A DNA stretch of 64,000 bases from an uncultured Verrucomicrobiae bacterium (GTDB taxonomy: Bacteria > Verrucomicrobiota > Verrucomicrobiia > Chthoniobacterales > UBA10450), in NCBI GenBank assembly GCA_963756875.1, contig CAVWPA010000001.1, positions 96,001-160,000 of the forward strand, in the 5' to 3' direction. The notes under the pieces were generated by a model that saw nothing but the letters and a program-made list of their open reading frames with translations, made no database searches and had not been told where the DNA came from. The translations under genes and the position numbers were made by a program. Below, in pieces: positions 29,675 through 38,904 of this stretch; the first letter of the stretch is position 1, and each line of letters starts with the position of its first letter.

Positions 29675-30523
29675 GTGAATAACCGGATCGACAACTGCTT
29701 CGCGCAATTGCGCTCGGGCAAACGCAAAGGATTTATTCCCTACATTTGCGCGGGCGATCCGACGCTCGAGACAACCGTTGATCTGGCGCTGGCACTGGAA
29801 AAAGCCGGCGCCGATCTTCTCGAGCTGGGCCTGCCCTTCTCCGATCCGCTGGCCGACGGCATCGTGAATCAGCTTGCAGCCCAGCGCGCCCTGGCTGGCG
29901 GCGCCACCGTTCACGGCGTCCTCGATTGCGTCTCCGAAATCCGTCGCCGCTCGCAAATTCCAATTGTCCTCTACACTTATCTGAACCCCATCTTTCAAGT
30001 CGGGCTCGACCGCTTTCACAGCGAAGCGAAGGCTGCCGGTGTGGATGGACTGCTCATCCTTGACCTGCCGCCAGAGGAAGACGCGAAGGTCAGCAAACTT
30101 GACTGCTTAAAGCAGTCAAGTTTGAAAGCCGAGAATCATCGTGCCACCGATGTTGACAGTGTGTTTCACATTCGATTGATTGCGCCGACAACTTCACCCG
30201 AGCGCGTCGCGAAAATTGCGGCGACTGCGCAAGGCTTTCTTTATTACGTCTCGCGGGAAGGTGTGACGGGCGCGCGGGACAAGGTGGCTTCTTCGTTAGC
30301 CGAAAAAATCGCGGCGCTTCGAAAATTATCGGATCTCCCGATTGCGGTCGGCTTTGGGATTTCAAATGCCGAGCAGGCTCGCGAAGTCGCTCGTTCTGCC
30401 GATGCGGTTGTCGTCGGCAGCGCGATTGTGGATTTGATCGCGAAGTACGGGAACAAAGCGGAATTGCCCGAGAAGATCGGTGCGTTTGCGCGAGAGTTAG
30501 CCGGCGCAATCAAATCGGTCTGA
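29675..30523 (+). CDS. trpA: Tryptophan synthase alpha subunit, with a loop insertion; start approximate
   Basis: FIPYICAGDP, ELGLPFSDPLADG, YLNP, DLPPEE, YYVSREGVTG, VGFGIS and VVGSA motifs. Confidence 0.96.
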   Translation: MNNRIDNCFAQLRSGKRKGFIPYICAGDPTLETTVDLALALEKAGADLLELGLPFSDPLADGIVNQLAAQRALAGGATVHGVLDCVSEIRRRSQIPIVLYTYLNPIFQVGLDRFHSEAKAAGVDGLLILDLPPEEDAKVSKLDCLKQSSLKAENHRATDVDSVFHIRLIAPTTSPERVAKIAATAQGFLYYVSREGVTGARDKVASSLAEKIAALRKLSDLPIAVGFGISNAEQAREVARSADAVVVGSAIVDLIAKYGNKAELPEKIGAFARELAGAIKSV

Positions 30524-30620
30524 AGCTGGAGGGCGCTGCGCCGTCAGCGCCTATGAATTGGGACACGACCCGCCTTCGCCAAGGCTACGGTGCGACAAGC
30601 GGCGCGTGTCCCTCCATTTC

Positions 30621-31415
30621 TTAGTCCGATCCGCACTTGCGCGTCGCTTCGGCGAAGTTCGAGCGTTTCCGAAGTAGCGAAGCGAGATAATGGTCGACGA
30701 CTGGCACGTCGTTGATGCGCGAAAGATTCTCCGGGTGCTGAAGCCGCGAGAAAATCGCGTGCGCGATTTTGTTCCGCGGCACGGTTTTCTCGCCATAACC
30801 GGCCGGAATGTTGCTCGACCAGTAGCGGACATATTCCATTCCGAAATGGCTTTCTGTTCCCATGAAAATACAGGAGTGCCCGTGTTCGTTTCGGCCAACG
30901 CTCCGGGACCAGAAAATTTTCATAAAATCACCCGGGCGCGCCTCTGTGAAATCATCGAAGTTTGGGCCGAGCCCGATCTCGTGAAAGAGGCGTGCGGTGC
31001 CTGGGCCGTTGGCGTTCCAGCGGCCCCAGATGCCTTCTCCATCGCGCTGGTTACGAATCATGAGTTGTTCGAGCGTGGCGAAATCGAGATGAAGCCGTCC
31101 GCGCGCGCGCAAGGCCTCGATGGTCCTGATGAAGACGAGATAGGTTGCTCCCGAGCAAAAACTCGGTGACGCTGCCGACGGCAAAAGGAAAAACTTTCCC
31201 GATTCAAAATGAGCGGCGGATTGCAGGCGGATATTCGCAAAATGCGAAGTCGAATAACGCCCGCCTCGCGGCATTTTTCTTACCTGTTCTAGAACAAGCG
31301 CATTGAGGTCTTCGGCAAAAACCCGGACTGCGCTAAATGCCAGAAGAACGGCACATGAAAACCCGATTACCCTGGACACGGACAAACAAGTAAGCATCGA
31401 ATCCCCGAAGAGCAA
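30621..31415 (-). CDS. Secreted hypothetical protein, putative NlpC/P60-like Cys-His hydrolase
   Basis: Signal-like N-terminus; FCSG ... RPGDFMKIFW ... HGHSCIFMG order resembles DCSG/PGDLVFF/HVGIY. Confidence 0.6.
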   Translation of the reverse strand: MLFGDSMLTCLSVSRVIGFSCAVLLAFSAVRVFAEDLNALVLEQVRKMPRGGRYSTSHFANIRLQSAAHFESGKFFLLPSAASPSFCSGATYLVFIRTIEALRARGRLHLDFATLEQLMIRNQRDGEGIWGRWNANGPGTARLFHEIGLGPNFDDFTEARPGDFMKIFWSRSVGRNEHGHSCIFMGTESHFGMEYVRYWSSNIPAGYGEKTVPRNKIAHAIFSRLQHPENLSRINDVPVVDHYLASLLRKRSNFAEATRKCGSD

Positions 31416-31459
31416 CGCCTGCCCTTGGATTTGCGACCAAGCTGTGCTAAACGAAAAAC

Positions 31460-32263
31460 ATGCTGCGCTTCATTAAAATGAACGGCGCCGGAAACGATTT
31501 TGTCATGGTCGACAACCGGGCGGGCGACGTGCGTTTGAGCCCCGGGCAAATCGCGCGGATTTGCGATCGCCATCGCGGTGTGGGCGCGGACGGAATTTTG
31601 TTGCTGGAAAAAGCGGATAACGGCGCGGATTTCCGAATGCGCTATTTCAATCGCGACGGCGGCGAGGCCGAAATGTGCGGGAACGGCGCGCGCTGTTTCG
31701 CGCGATTTGCCAATAAAGTTGCCGGCGGCCGCGAGAAGATTTCGTTCGAGACGCCGGCAGGGGTAATTGGCGCAGAGCTTCGTGACGGGCTGGTCACGTT
31801 GCGAATGAGCGAGCCGAAAGACTTGCGGCTCGGGATCGAGTTGGATGTCGCTGGAAACAAGGAGCATGTGCACTTCATCAACAGTGGGGTGCCGCATGCA
31901 GTCGTACCGGTGGCACGAGTAGAAGGGGTTGATGTCCGCGCCAGGGGCGCGGCCATTCGGCGGCACGAACTGTTTTCACCGAGTGGCGCGAACGTAAATT
32001 TCATGGAAAAACGCGGCCCAAAAAAAGTTGCTCTGCGCACTTATGAACGGGGCGTCGAAGACGAAACGCTGGCGTGCGGGACCGGCGTCGTGGCCAGCGC
32101 TTTGATCTTTGCCGCGACAGACAAGGTGGACGGACCCATCAGCGTCATCGTGCGCAGCGGAAGCGAGTTAAGCGTCGGCTTCGAGCGAGCGGGAGATGGA
32201 TTTCGCAATGTTACGCTCACGGGGCCTGCGGAATTTGTGTTCGAAGGGACCATGGAGATCTAG
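31460..32263 (+). CDS. dapF: Diaminopimelate epimerase
   Basis: KMNGAGNDF, GVGADG, EMCGNGARC and ERGVEDETLACGTG motifs. Confidence 0.97.
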   Translation: MLRFIKMNGAGNDFVMVDNRAGDVRLSPGQIARICDRHRGVGADGILLLEKADNGADFRMRYFNRDGGEAEMCGNGARCFARFANKVAGGREKISFETPAGVIGAELRDGLVTLRMSEPKDLRLGIELDVAGNKEHVHFINSGVPHAVVPVARVEGVDVRARGAAIRRHELFSPSGANVNFMEKRGPKKVALRTYERGVEDETLACGTGVVASALIFAATDKVDGPISVIVRSGSELSVGFERAGDGFRNVTLTGPAEFVFEGTMEI

Positions 32264-32305
32264 AAAAAAAGTGCGACGGTCATAGACCGCCGCTACAGCA
32301 AAGCA

Positions 32306-33184
32306 ATGTTTCACGGTACCTTCACTGCTCTGGTTACTCCCTTTCGCAACGGCGCGATCGATCTTTCGGCGCTGGAAAAATTGATCGAGCAGCAGATCGC
32401 CGCCGGAATCACCGGCATCGTCGCGGTCGGTACCACGGGTGAATCGCCGACGCTCACACATGAGGAACGGGAAAAAGTCATTCAAACTGCGGTGAAAGTT
32501 GCAAATGGCAGGTGCCAGGTCCTTGCGGGGACCGGTTCCTACTCGACCCGCGACGCAATCGAAGCGACCAGGGCGGCTGAAAAAACCGGCGTCGATGGAG
32601 TGTTAGTGGTCTCGCCATATTACAACAAGCCGAGCCAGGAAGGGCTCTTCCGCCATTTTCAGGCGATTGCTCAAGCCACGCCGCTATCGATCCTGCTCTA
32701 TAATATACCCGGCCGATGCGGCGTGGATATCGGTCCTGAGACAGTGGCCCGACTTGCGGAATCGTGTCGCACGATCGTTTCGATCAAGGAAGCCGGCGGC
32801 AATGTCGAGCGGGTAAGCGAATTGCGACGGCGCCTGCCGGATTCATTTACCATCTTGAGCGGCGACGATTCACTGACTCTGCCATTCATGTCGGTCGGCG
32901 CGGCCGGCGTGGTCAGTGTGGCTTCGAATTTATTTCCGGCGGAGATTTGTGCACTGGTTCGCGCTTATGAAGCGGGCGATGCGAAAACGGCGGAGAAGTT
33001 GCATCGGCGATTGTTCCCGCTTTTCAAAGATCTGTTCATCGAGCCGAACCCGGTGCCAGTAAAAGCGGCGCTTGGCTGGCGCGGGGCGATGTCGGGGGAG
33101 GTTCGCCTGCCTTTGTGCGAAATGAGCGAGGCCAATCAAGCGCGCCTGCGCAAAACGCTGGAACAATTCGAGCGGGGCAAGTAA
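32306..33184 (+). CDS. dapA: 4-hydroxy-tetrahydrodipicolinate synthase
   Basis: ALVTPF, GTTGES, PYYNKP, YNIPGR, IKEA, SGDD and PNPVPVK motifs. Confidence 0.97.
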   Translation: MFHGTFTALVTPFRNGAIDLSALEKLIEQQIAAGITGIVAVGTTGESPTLTHEEREKVIQTAVKVANGRCQVLAGTGSYSTRDAIEATRAAEKTGVDGVLVVSPYYNKPSQEGLFRHFQAIAQATPLSILLYNIPGRCGVDIGPETVARLAESCRTIVSIKEAGGNVERVSELRRRLPDSFTILSGDDSLTLPFMSVGAAGVVSVASNLFPAEICALVRAYEAGDAKTAEKLHRRLFPLFKDLFIEPNPVPVKAALGWRGAMSGEVRLPLCEMSEANQARLRKTLEQFERGK

Positions 33185-33216
33185 GGCCGCGCTTCTGTCG
33201 CGCGCGAAGCGTTTTC

Positions 33217-33356
33217 TCTGGGGAGCACAGGCTGCCAGCCTGTCGTTGGCGGCAGGCTGCCGCCAGCAATTCTCCCCGCGCCGCGAGTTCGAACTCCGAA
33301 CAGATGCGTTCGGCAAGCTGCCGAACGCTACAGGCTGGCAGCCTGTGCTCCCCAGA
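33217..33356. mobile_element. 140-bp MITE/REPIN-like element with 27-bp perfect terminal inverted repeats
   Basis: tctggggagcacaggctgccagcctgt (33217-33243) is the exact reverse complement of 33330-33356; internal hairpins. Confidence 0.75.
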
Positions 33357-33439
33357 ACCCAAACCAGAGGGGCCGCCAGCCGGGGCGGGCGCCACCTCTT
33401 TCTTGCAAACGTCGGAGGCAGGCTGAGAGTTTCGCCGCC

Positions 33440-34174
33440 ATGAAGGAATCTCGCGTTCGCGTGCTGCTTGTTGGATCGGCCGGCCGCATGGGGAAAACGA
33501 TTGCCGATGTCGCCAGGCAACATCCGGATATCGATATCGTGGCCTCATGCGATGTGGGCGATCCGCTTGAGCCGGCGATTTCGCACGCCAACGTCGTGAT
33601 CGATTTCAGTCACGCCGGCGCGATCGGCGAAATTTGTCGCGTCGCGTCGCAACATAAACAGCCAGTGGTCATCGGCACGACCGGGCATTCGACGGAGCAA
33701 CTTCGCCAGATCGAAAAATGCGCCGAATCGGTCCCGGTAGTTCTTGCATCCAATTTCAGCGTTGGAGTGAATGCTCTCTTCTGGCTTACGCGCAAAGCGG
33801 CGAAAATGCTCGGGCCGGAGTTCGATATCGAGATCGTCGAGATGCATCACCGTATGAAAAAGGACGCGCCAAGCGGGACGGCCAAGACATTGGCGGAGAT
33901 TTTAAAAGAGGCGCGAAAGATCGGCAATATCCGCCATGGACGGGAAGGCAATGTTGGCGAGCGCGCCGGCGACGAGATCGGCATTCATTCTATTCGTGGC
34001 GGCGACGTGGTTGGCGATCACACCGTGATCTTCGCCGGGGCGGGCGAACGCCTCGAGCTGACACATCGAGCGAGCCGTCGCGAAACATTTGCGCATGGCG
34101 CCTTGCGCGCCGCGCAATGGATCATCGGAAAACCGCCCGGGCTCTACACGATGGGAGATGTGCTGGGACTTTGA
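33440..34174 (+). CDS. dapB: 4-hydroxy-tetrahydrodipicolinate reductase
   Basis: GSAGRMG, VIDFS, VIGTTG, SNFSVG, EMHHRMKKDAPSGTA and FAHGAL motifs. Confidence 0.97.
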   Translation: MKESRVRVLLVGSAGRMGKTIADVARQHPDIDIVASCDVGDPLEPAISHANVVIDFSHAGAIGEICRVASQHKQPVVIGTTGHSTEQLRQIEKCAESVPVVLASNFSVGVNALFWLTRKAAKMLGPEFDIEIVEMHHRMKKDAPSGTAKTLAEILKEARKIGNIRHGREGNVGERAGDEIGIHSIRGGDVVGDHTVIFAGAGERLELTHRASRRETFAHGALRAAQWIIGKPPGLYTMGDVLGL

Positions 34175-34177
34175 ATT

Positions 34178-34238
34178 TGTAGCGGCGCTCTATGAGCGTC
34201 GGAAGAATTAATGCGACGGTCATAGACCGCCGCTACAG
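34178..34238. repeat. GTAG-type REP doublet (GTAGCGGCG family)
   Basis: tgcgacggtcatagaccgccgctacag is identical at 32272-32298 and 34212-34238; related copy near 49324. Confidence 0.8.
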
Positions 34239-34264
34239 ATGAATAAGTTGCGGCGACGTGAAAT

Positions 34265-34777
34265 ATGAGAACGGGTGTTGCGCTTGGATCCAATCTCGGT
34301 GATCGCCTCACCAATTTGCGCGCTGCGCTAAAAGCAATCGTGACCCTGGACGGCGTCATGCCGCCGGTTCTGGCGTCGCCCGTTTATGAGACCGAGCCGG
34401 TCGATTGTGAGCCCGGAGCCGGAAAATTCCTGAATGCGGTCATCGAGTTCGATTACAGGAGTGATCCGGGGGAATTGCTCGGGAAGCTGGCGCAAATCGA
34501 GGAGTCGCTGGGCAGGGAGCGTCATCCTGTTCGGAATGTCTCGCGTCGAATCGATATCGACCTTCTTTACTGCGGAACGCTGGAGATCGACAATGAAACG
34601 TTGCGCCTGCCACATCCGCGTATGCCCCGGCGACGATTCGTTCTTCAACCGCTGGCGGATATTCGGCCGGAATTGGTCCTGCCCGGACAGACAAAAACTG
34701 TGGGCGAGCTGCTCGCGCAGCTCGATGAATCGAGTAAAGTGGTGCGCCTGGACGGAAACAACTGGCTGCTTCCATGA
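34265..34777 (+). CDS. folK: 2-amino-4-hydroxy-6-hydroxymethyldihydropteridine diphosphokinase
   Basis: ALGSNLGDR, YETEP, FLNAV, RRIDIDLL and LPHPRM..RRFVL.PL motifs. Confidence 0.96.
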   Translation: MRTGVALGSNLGDRLTNLRAALKAIVTLDGVMPPVLASPVYETEPVDCEPGAGKFLNAVIEFDYRSDPGELLGKLAQIEESLGRERHPVRNVSRRIDIDLLYCGTLEIDNETLRLPHPRMPRRRFVLQPLADIRPELVLPGQTKTVGELLAQLDESSKVVRLDGNNWLLP

Positions 34778-35562
34778 AAGACTTTCGCGAGATGAAAAAG
34801 CGAGGTGAGAAAATCACCGCGCTGACCGCTTACGATTATCCGACGGCGCGGTTGTTGGATGAGAGCGGGATCGACATCATCCTGGTCGGCGATTCGCTGG
34901 GTATGGTCGTGCTCGGTTACGACGATACAACACAGGTAACGCTCGATGAGATGTTGCATCACACTCGCGCGGTGGCCCGCGGAGTGAAGCGGGCGTTGCT
35001 GGTGGCCGATATGCCGATTCATTCCTATGAGACTCCGGAAATGGCGTTGGCGACGGCGAAACGGCTCGTCGATGCGGGCGCGCAGGCGGTGAAGCTCGAG
35101 GGAGGCGCCAGTCACGTCGCCCAGATCGAGGCGATCACGCGGGCCGGGATCCCGTTCATGGCGCATATCGGCATGCTGCCTCAAAGCGTTCGCCAGGAAG
35201 GCGGCTACAAGGTGAAAGGCAAGACGCAACCGGAAGCTGATGCGCTCATTGAGGATGCGCGCGCCGTGGAAAATGCCGGCGCATTTTCCGTCGTCCTCGA
35301 AATCGTGACTGCCGATCTCGCCCGGCTCATCACAGCGGCGATCGGCATTCCCACTATCGGGATCGGGTCCGGCGAGCATTGCGACGGCCAAATTTTGGTC
35401 ACGCACGATCTGATCGGGCTGTTCCCGTGGTTCACCCCGAAGTTTGTGTCACCGGAAGCGCGCGTAGCCGATGAGATCCGGAACGCAGCCCGGGCATTCA
35501 TAGAACGAACGCGCGGCGGAAGCGCGTTGTCTAATCGAAACAACCAGTTGCAGGCGGGATGA
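34774..35562 (+). CDS. panB: 3-methyl-2-oxobutanoate hydroxymethyltransferase
   Basis: LTAYD, LVGDSLGMV, ADMP, VKLEG, HIGMLPQ and IGIGSG..CDGQILV motifs. Confidence 0.97.
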   Translation: MKDFREMKKRGEKITALTAYDYPTARLLDESGIDIILVGDSLGMVVLGYDDTTQVTLDEMLHHTRAVARGVKRALLVADMPIHSYETPEMALATAKRLVDAGAQAVKLEGGASHVAQIEAITRAGIPFMAHIGMLPQSVRQEGGYKVKGKTQPEADALIEDARAVENAGAFSVVLEIVTADLARLITAAIGIPTIGIGSGEHCDGQILVTHDLIGLFPWFTPKFVSPEARVADEIRNAARAFIERTRGGSALSNRNNQLQAG

Positions 35563-36647
35563 GAGTTTCCGATTTCCAGGATATCGACGACATCGAGCAT
35601 GAGGCACTTCTGACCGGCAGCCAGCAGCGCAGCTGGATTTGGTTCGGGTTGCTTGTTTCGTTGTCTCTGCACGTTGCGCTTTGCGCCTATTTTTACCGTA
35701 CCCGCTTCGAGCCGGCTGTGGCGATGATGTACCAAGGCAGGGAAACTCCCCTGTTTCATGTCAAGCGGGTCGACCTGAAAGAGCAGGACCTGGACAAAGC
35801 CAGCATGGATCAAACGAACGCGGCGGCAAAGCCCGAGCCGGACAAGACCGACGTGCAGTTGCCCAAGGAAAAGAAATCGTTCGAGAAACTACTGGAAGAC
35901 GTCCGGGCCAGCTCTGCGATGCCGGACGATGTGCGCGATGCGTTGCCGGACCAGCCCAAAGTGGAGCAGACCAACGTGAATTCCGTTATCAATGAGATCG
36001 AGCGTACGACCGACCAGAGTCTATCGAGCGATCCGAACGCGACCCGCCCGCAATCTTTATTGAGCGACAGCGCTGTCTCGGGCCGGCCCCAACCGGCGCT
36101 GAGCGGGACGGAGCTGGCGACGAGCACGATCATCAAGAGGCCGAATAATTTCACCAGCAGAATCCCCGGAGACAGCGCCGGTCCGAACAAGAAGGGAGCG
36201 CCCGGTTTCAGCGACATCGATCAGCTTCTGTCGCAGAAAGGGCCGTTGGGATCGGGAACGCAAATTCGGATGCCGGACGACCAGTTGTTTGGGTTCGACA
36301 GCGCGGAGCTGCGGCCCTCGGAGATTTTGCAAAAGCTTGTTATGCTGCTGAAGCGGAACCCGAAAGCGACATTTACGATCGAAGGCTATACCGATTCGAT
36401 CGGGACGGACGAATACAATCTCGACTTGAGCCAGCGTCGCGCCGACAGCGTGAAGCAATATTTGGTGGGCTTGCTCGGAATCGACCCGGCGCAGATCGAG
36501 ACGCGCGGTTACGGGGCAAGGCGGTTTCTGGTTCCGCCGCGTCCGTTCGCGCTGAATGCTTCGCAAGCGGACCTGGACACGGAGATCCAGCGCCAGCGTC
36601 TGAACCGCCGGGTCGTGATCGTGGTAAACACGAACGAGAAACGGTAG
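35559..36647 (+). CDS. Membrane-anchored OmpA/MotB-type peptidoglycan-binding protein
   Basis: N-terminal TM helix; LFGFDSAEL, IEGYTDSIG...YNLDLSQRRADSV and NRRV motifs. Confidence 0.9.
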   Translation: MRVSDFQDIDDIEHEALLTGSQQRSWIWFGLLVSLSLHVALCAYFYRTRFEPAVAMMYQGRETPLFHVKRVDLKEQDLDKASMDQTNAAAKPEPDKTDVQLPKEKKSFEKLLEDVRASSAMPDDVRDALPDQPKVEQTNVNSVINEIERTTDQSLSSDPNATRPQSLLSDSAVSGRPQPALSGTELATSTIIKRPNNFTSRIPGDSAGPNKKGAPGFSDIDQLLSQKGPLGSGTQIRMPDDQLFGFDSAELRPSEILQKLVMLLKRNPKATFTIEGYTDSIGTDEYNLDLSQRRADSVKQYLVGLLGIDPAQIETRGYGARRFLVPPRPFALNASQADLDTEIQRQRLNRRVVIVVNTNEKR

Positions 36648-36659
36648 GGAGTGATCGAT

Positions 36660-36805
36660 TGCGGAGTGCGGAGTGTGGAGTGTGGAGTGTGGATTGCCAA
36701 ATCCTCGATCAGGTAGGGACGCACCTCCGGGGCGTCTGTGATATTCGGGATCGCATTGACGGAGAAGAAGAGAATTAGTCGGACATCTCGGAGAGATGTC
36801 CCTAC
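36660..36805. repeat. Heptamer array (GGAGTGY) plus GTAGGGAC REP doublet
   Basis: gcggagtgcggagtgtggagtgtggagtgtgg; agtcggacatctcggagagatgtccct is identical to 28085-28111. Confidence 0.75.
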
Positions 36806-37493
36806 CAGTTTGTGATCCACTGATTTCGATCGGCCGCGCTTCCGCTTGTTGTGCCGCCGGTGCTCCACAGATCAAAGGTTGGATTGTAACCCGCTGCGGA
36901 GCCGGCATTTGGATTTGCATCTGGATCTTTGAAGTCGAATACCCGTAGCTGTTCCCGAACGGGTCGCTTATAGAAGTGACTTTGTTCGAGGAGCTGACAG
37001 GCGTCGAACGGGTTTGCCTTCGCCAGCATTTGCGGCTTGAACGAAATATATGTCTTCGTCGCGGTAGAACTCCCATCGTGTGTGGTGTCTCCCGTTAGGG
37101 CCTTGTATAGATCTAGCGTTGCATTGGCGTAACTCCCGTTAACCGGATCGTTGTTAACGGGCCCCGTCGCTGCTAGCGAAACCGTGTTTGTGCGTCGCTC
37201 GGGTAAACCCCGTTATCGGCCTTGTAACTTTCGCACGCGGCGGATATGGCGGCGATTTCCGTTTCGGCGCGGGAACGCGCGCCTTTTTTCTGCACGTAGC
37301 CGGTGGTGCTCAGAATCAATCCGGCCAGGATGATGATGACAGTAATGACGACGAGCAGTTCGATGAGGGTGAACGCAGCTGCGCCTTCGGCGCGAAATGA
37401 CGAATGACGAATGGCGAATGACGAAGGAATTTTAAAATGACGAGTGTTGAAGAGTTCCCGGTTTGAGTTCGTCATTAATTTGGCATTCGTCAT
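36802..37493 (-). pseudogene. GspG-like pseudopilin / type IV pilin, split by about three frameshifts
   Basis: A|FTLIELLVVITVIIILAG, YKADNGVYP, DPFGNSYGY and GYNPTFDLWSTGG...WITNW lie in different reading frames. Confidence 0.8.
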
Positions 37494-37523
37494 TCGTGCT
37501 TTGTCATTTCCGCCTTTAGCGGA

Positions 37524-38816
37524 TCACGTTTGCTCCTGCAAACCGCTGATGATGCTGATCAGCGGCATGAACAGTGCGATCACGATCGTTCCCACGATGA
37601 GCGCGAGGAAAACGATCATGATCGGCTCGAGCGCCGCGGTCATCGCGGCCACGGAATTATCGACTTCGTCGTCGTAAACATCGGCGACTTTCAAAAGCAT
37701 ATCGGGCAGTTGACCTGTTTCCTCGCCGACGTCGATCATGCTGATGACCATTGGCGGAAAGGCGCCGCTTGCCTCGAGCGGTTGCACGATCGATTCGCCT
37801 TCCTTCACCCTGTCGTGCACTTTGCTGATCGCGTCTGCGATGACCGTGTTGCCGGCGGTGTCCCGGGTTATATGGAGCGCCTGTAAAATCGGCACACCGC
37901 TGGTGACCAGCGTCCCAAGCGTGCGCGAGAAACGAGAGATCGCGGTTTTCCGAATCACATCTCCAAAAAGAGGAAGGCGAAGTTTTACCCGGTCGATGGT
38001 CAACCTCCCGCGCGTTGTTCGGTTGGCAAACTTGTATCCGGCGACAAGCGCGATGATCGCTCCGAGCAAAACCAGCCAGTGGCCCTGCACAAACCGGCTC
38101 GTGCCGATGACGAAGCGCGTAACCGTTGGCAACGGTTTGTCGCCGAGCATGTCGTGAAAGATCGCCTCGAACTTCGGCACGATGAACACGAGCAGAAAGC
38201 TCAGAATAACGATGGCGAGCATCACCACAATGAGCGGATAGACCATCGCGGCGATGACCTTGTTTTTAATTTTTGCGGCTTTTTCCTGAAATTCAGCCAA
38301 CCGGCCCAGCACCAGTTCAAGCACGCCACCGAGCTCGCCCGCTTTCACCATGTTGACATACAGGTTGTTAAAAATGCGCGGATGCTGCGCCAGGCTCTCC
38401 GAGAATGTGCCGCCCCCTTGGACGCCGTCGGCGAGCTTGTTGATCGTCCTTTTCAGAACCGGGTCACGTTCCTGCTTGGCTAAAACGTTGAGGCCGCGCA
38501 ACAACGGCAAACCGGAGTCGACCAGTGTCGCCAGCTGGCGCGTAAAGATCATCAAGATCTTCGGCTTTACGGTCTTTCGCTGGAAAAGCGTGATTTCCTT
38601 GCTGGCCAGACCGGTCCGCGCGGGGCGCGCGGTTTTCGCCGCCTTTCGGGCCGCCTTGCCATCGGGACCGCCGCCTTTGCCTTCCTCATAGACACTGGTC
38701 GGGAAATAGCCCGCCTGGCGAAGTTGACCGATGGCCTCGTTGGTCGATCCGGCTTCAACCAGGCCTGTCGATTCCTGCCCGCGAGCATCGAGAGCTACGT
38801 AAGTGTAACGCGGCAT
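37524..38816 (-). CDS. pilC: T2SS protein F / type IV pilus platform protein PilC
   Basis: FTRQLATLVDSG, AGELGGVL, AMVYP, VGEETGQL and LEPIMI motifs. Confidence 0.93.
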   Translation of the reverse strand: MPRYTYVALDARGQESTGLVEAGSTNEAIGQLRQAGYFPTSVYEEGKGGGPDGKAARKAAKTARPARTGLASKEITLFQRKTVKPKILMIFTRQLATLVDSGLPLLRGLNVLAKQERDPVLKRTINKLADGVQGGGTFSESLAQHPRIFNNLYVNMVKAGELGGVLELVLGRLAEFQEKAAKIKNKVIAAMVYPLIVVMLAIVILSFLLVFIVPKFEAIFHDMLGDKPLPTVTRFVIGTSRFVQGHWLVLLGAIIALVAGYKFANRTTRGRLTIDRVKLRLPLFGDVIRKTAISRFSRTLGTLVTSGVPILQALHITRDTAGNTVIADAISKVHDRVKEGESIVQPLEASGAFPPMVISMIDVGEETGQLPDMLLKVADVYDDEVDNSVAAMTAALEPIMIVFLALIVGTIVIALFMPLISIISGLQEQT

Positions 38817-38825
38817 AAACCTAAG

Positions 38826-38903
38826 CCACAGATTGACACAGATGAAACACAGATTGAAGGCAAATCCATTTCTGAATCCGTGAAAATCTGTGTTCGTCTG
38901 TGG
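38826..38903. repeat. Inverted ACACAGAT nonamer array
   Basis: ccacagattgacacagatgaaacacagat ... atccgtgaaaatctgtgttcgtctgtgg. Confidence 0.7.
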
Positions 38904-38904
38904 C

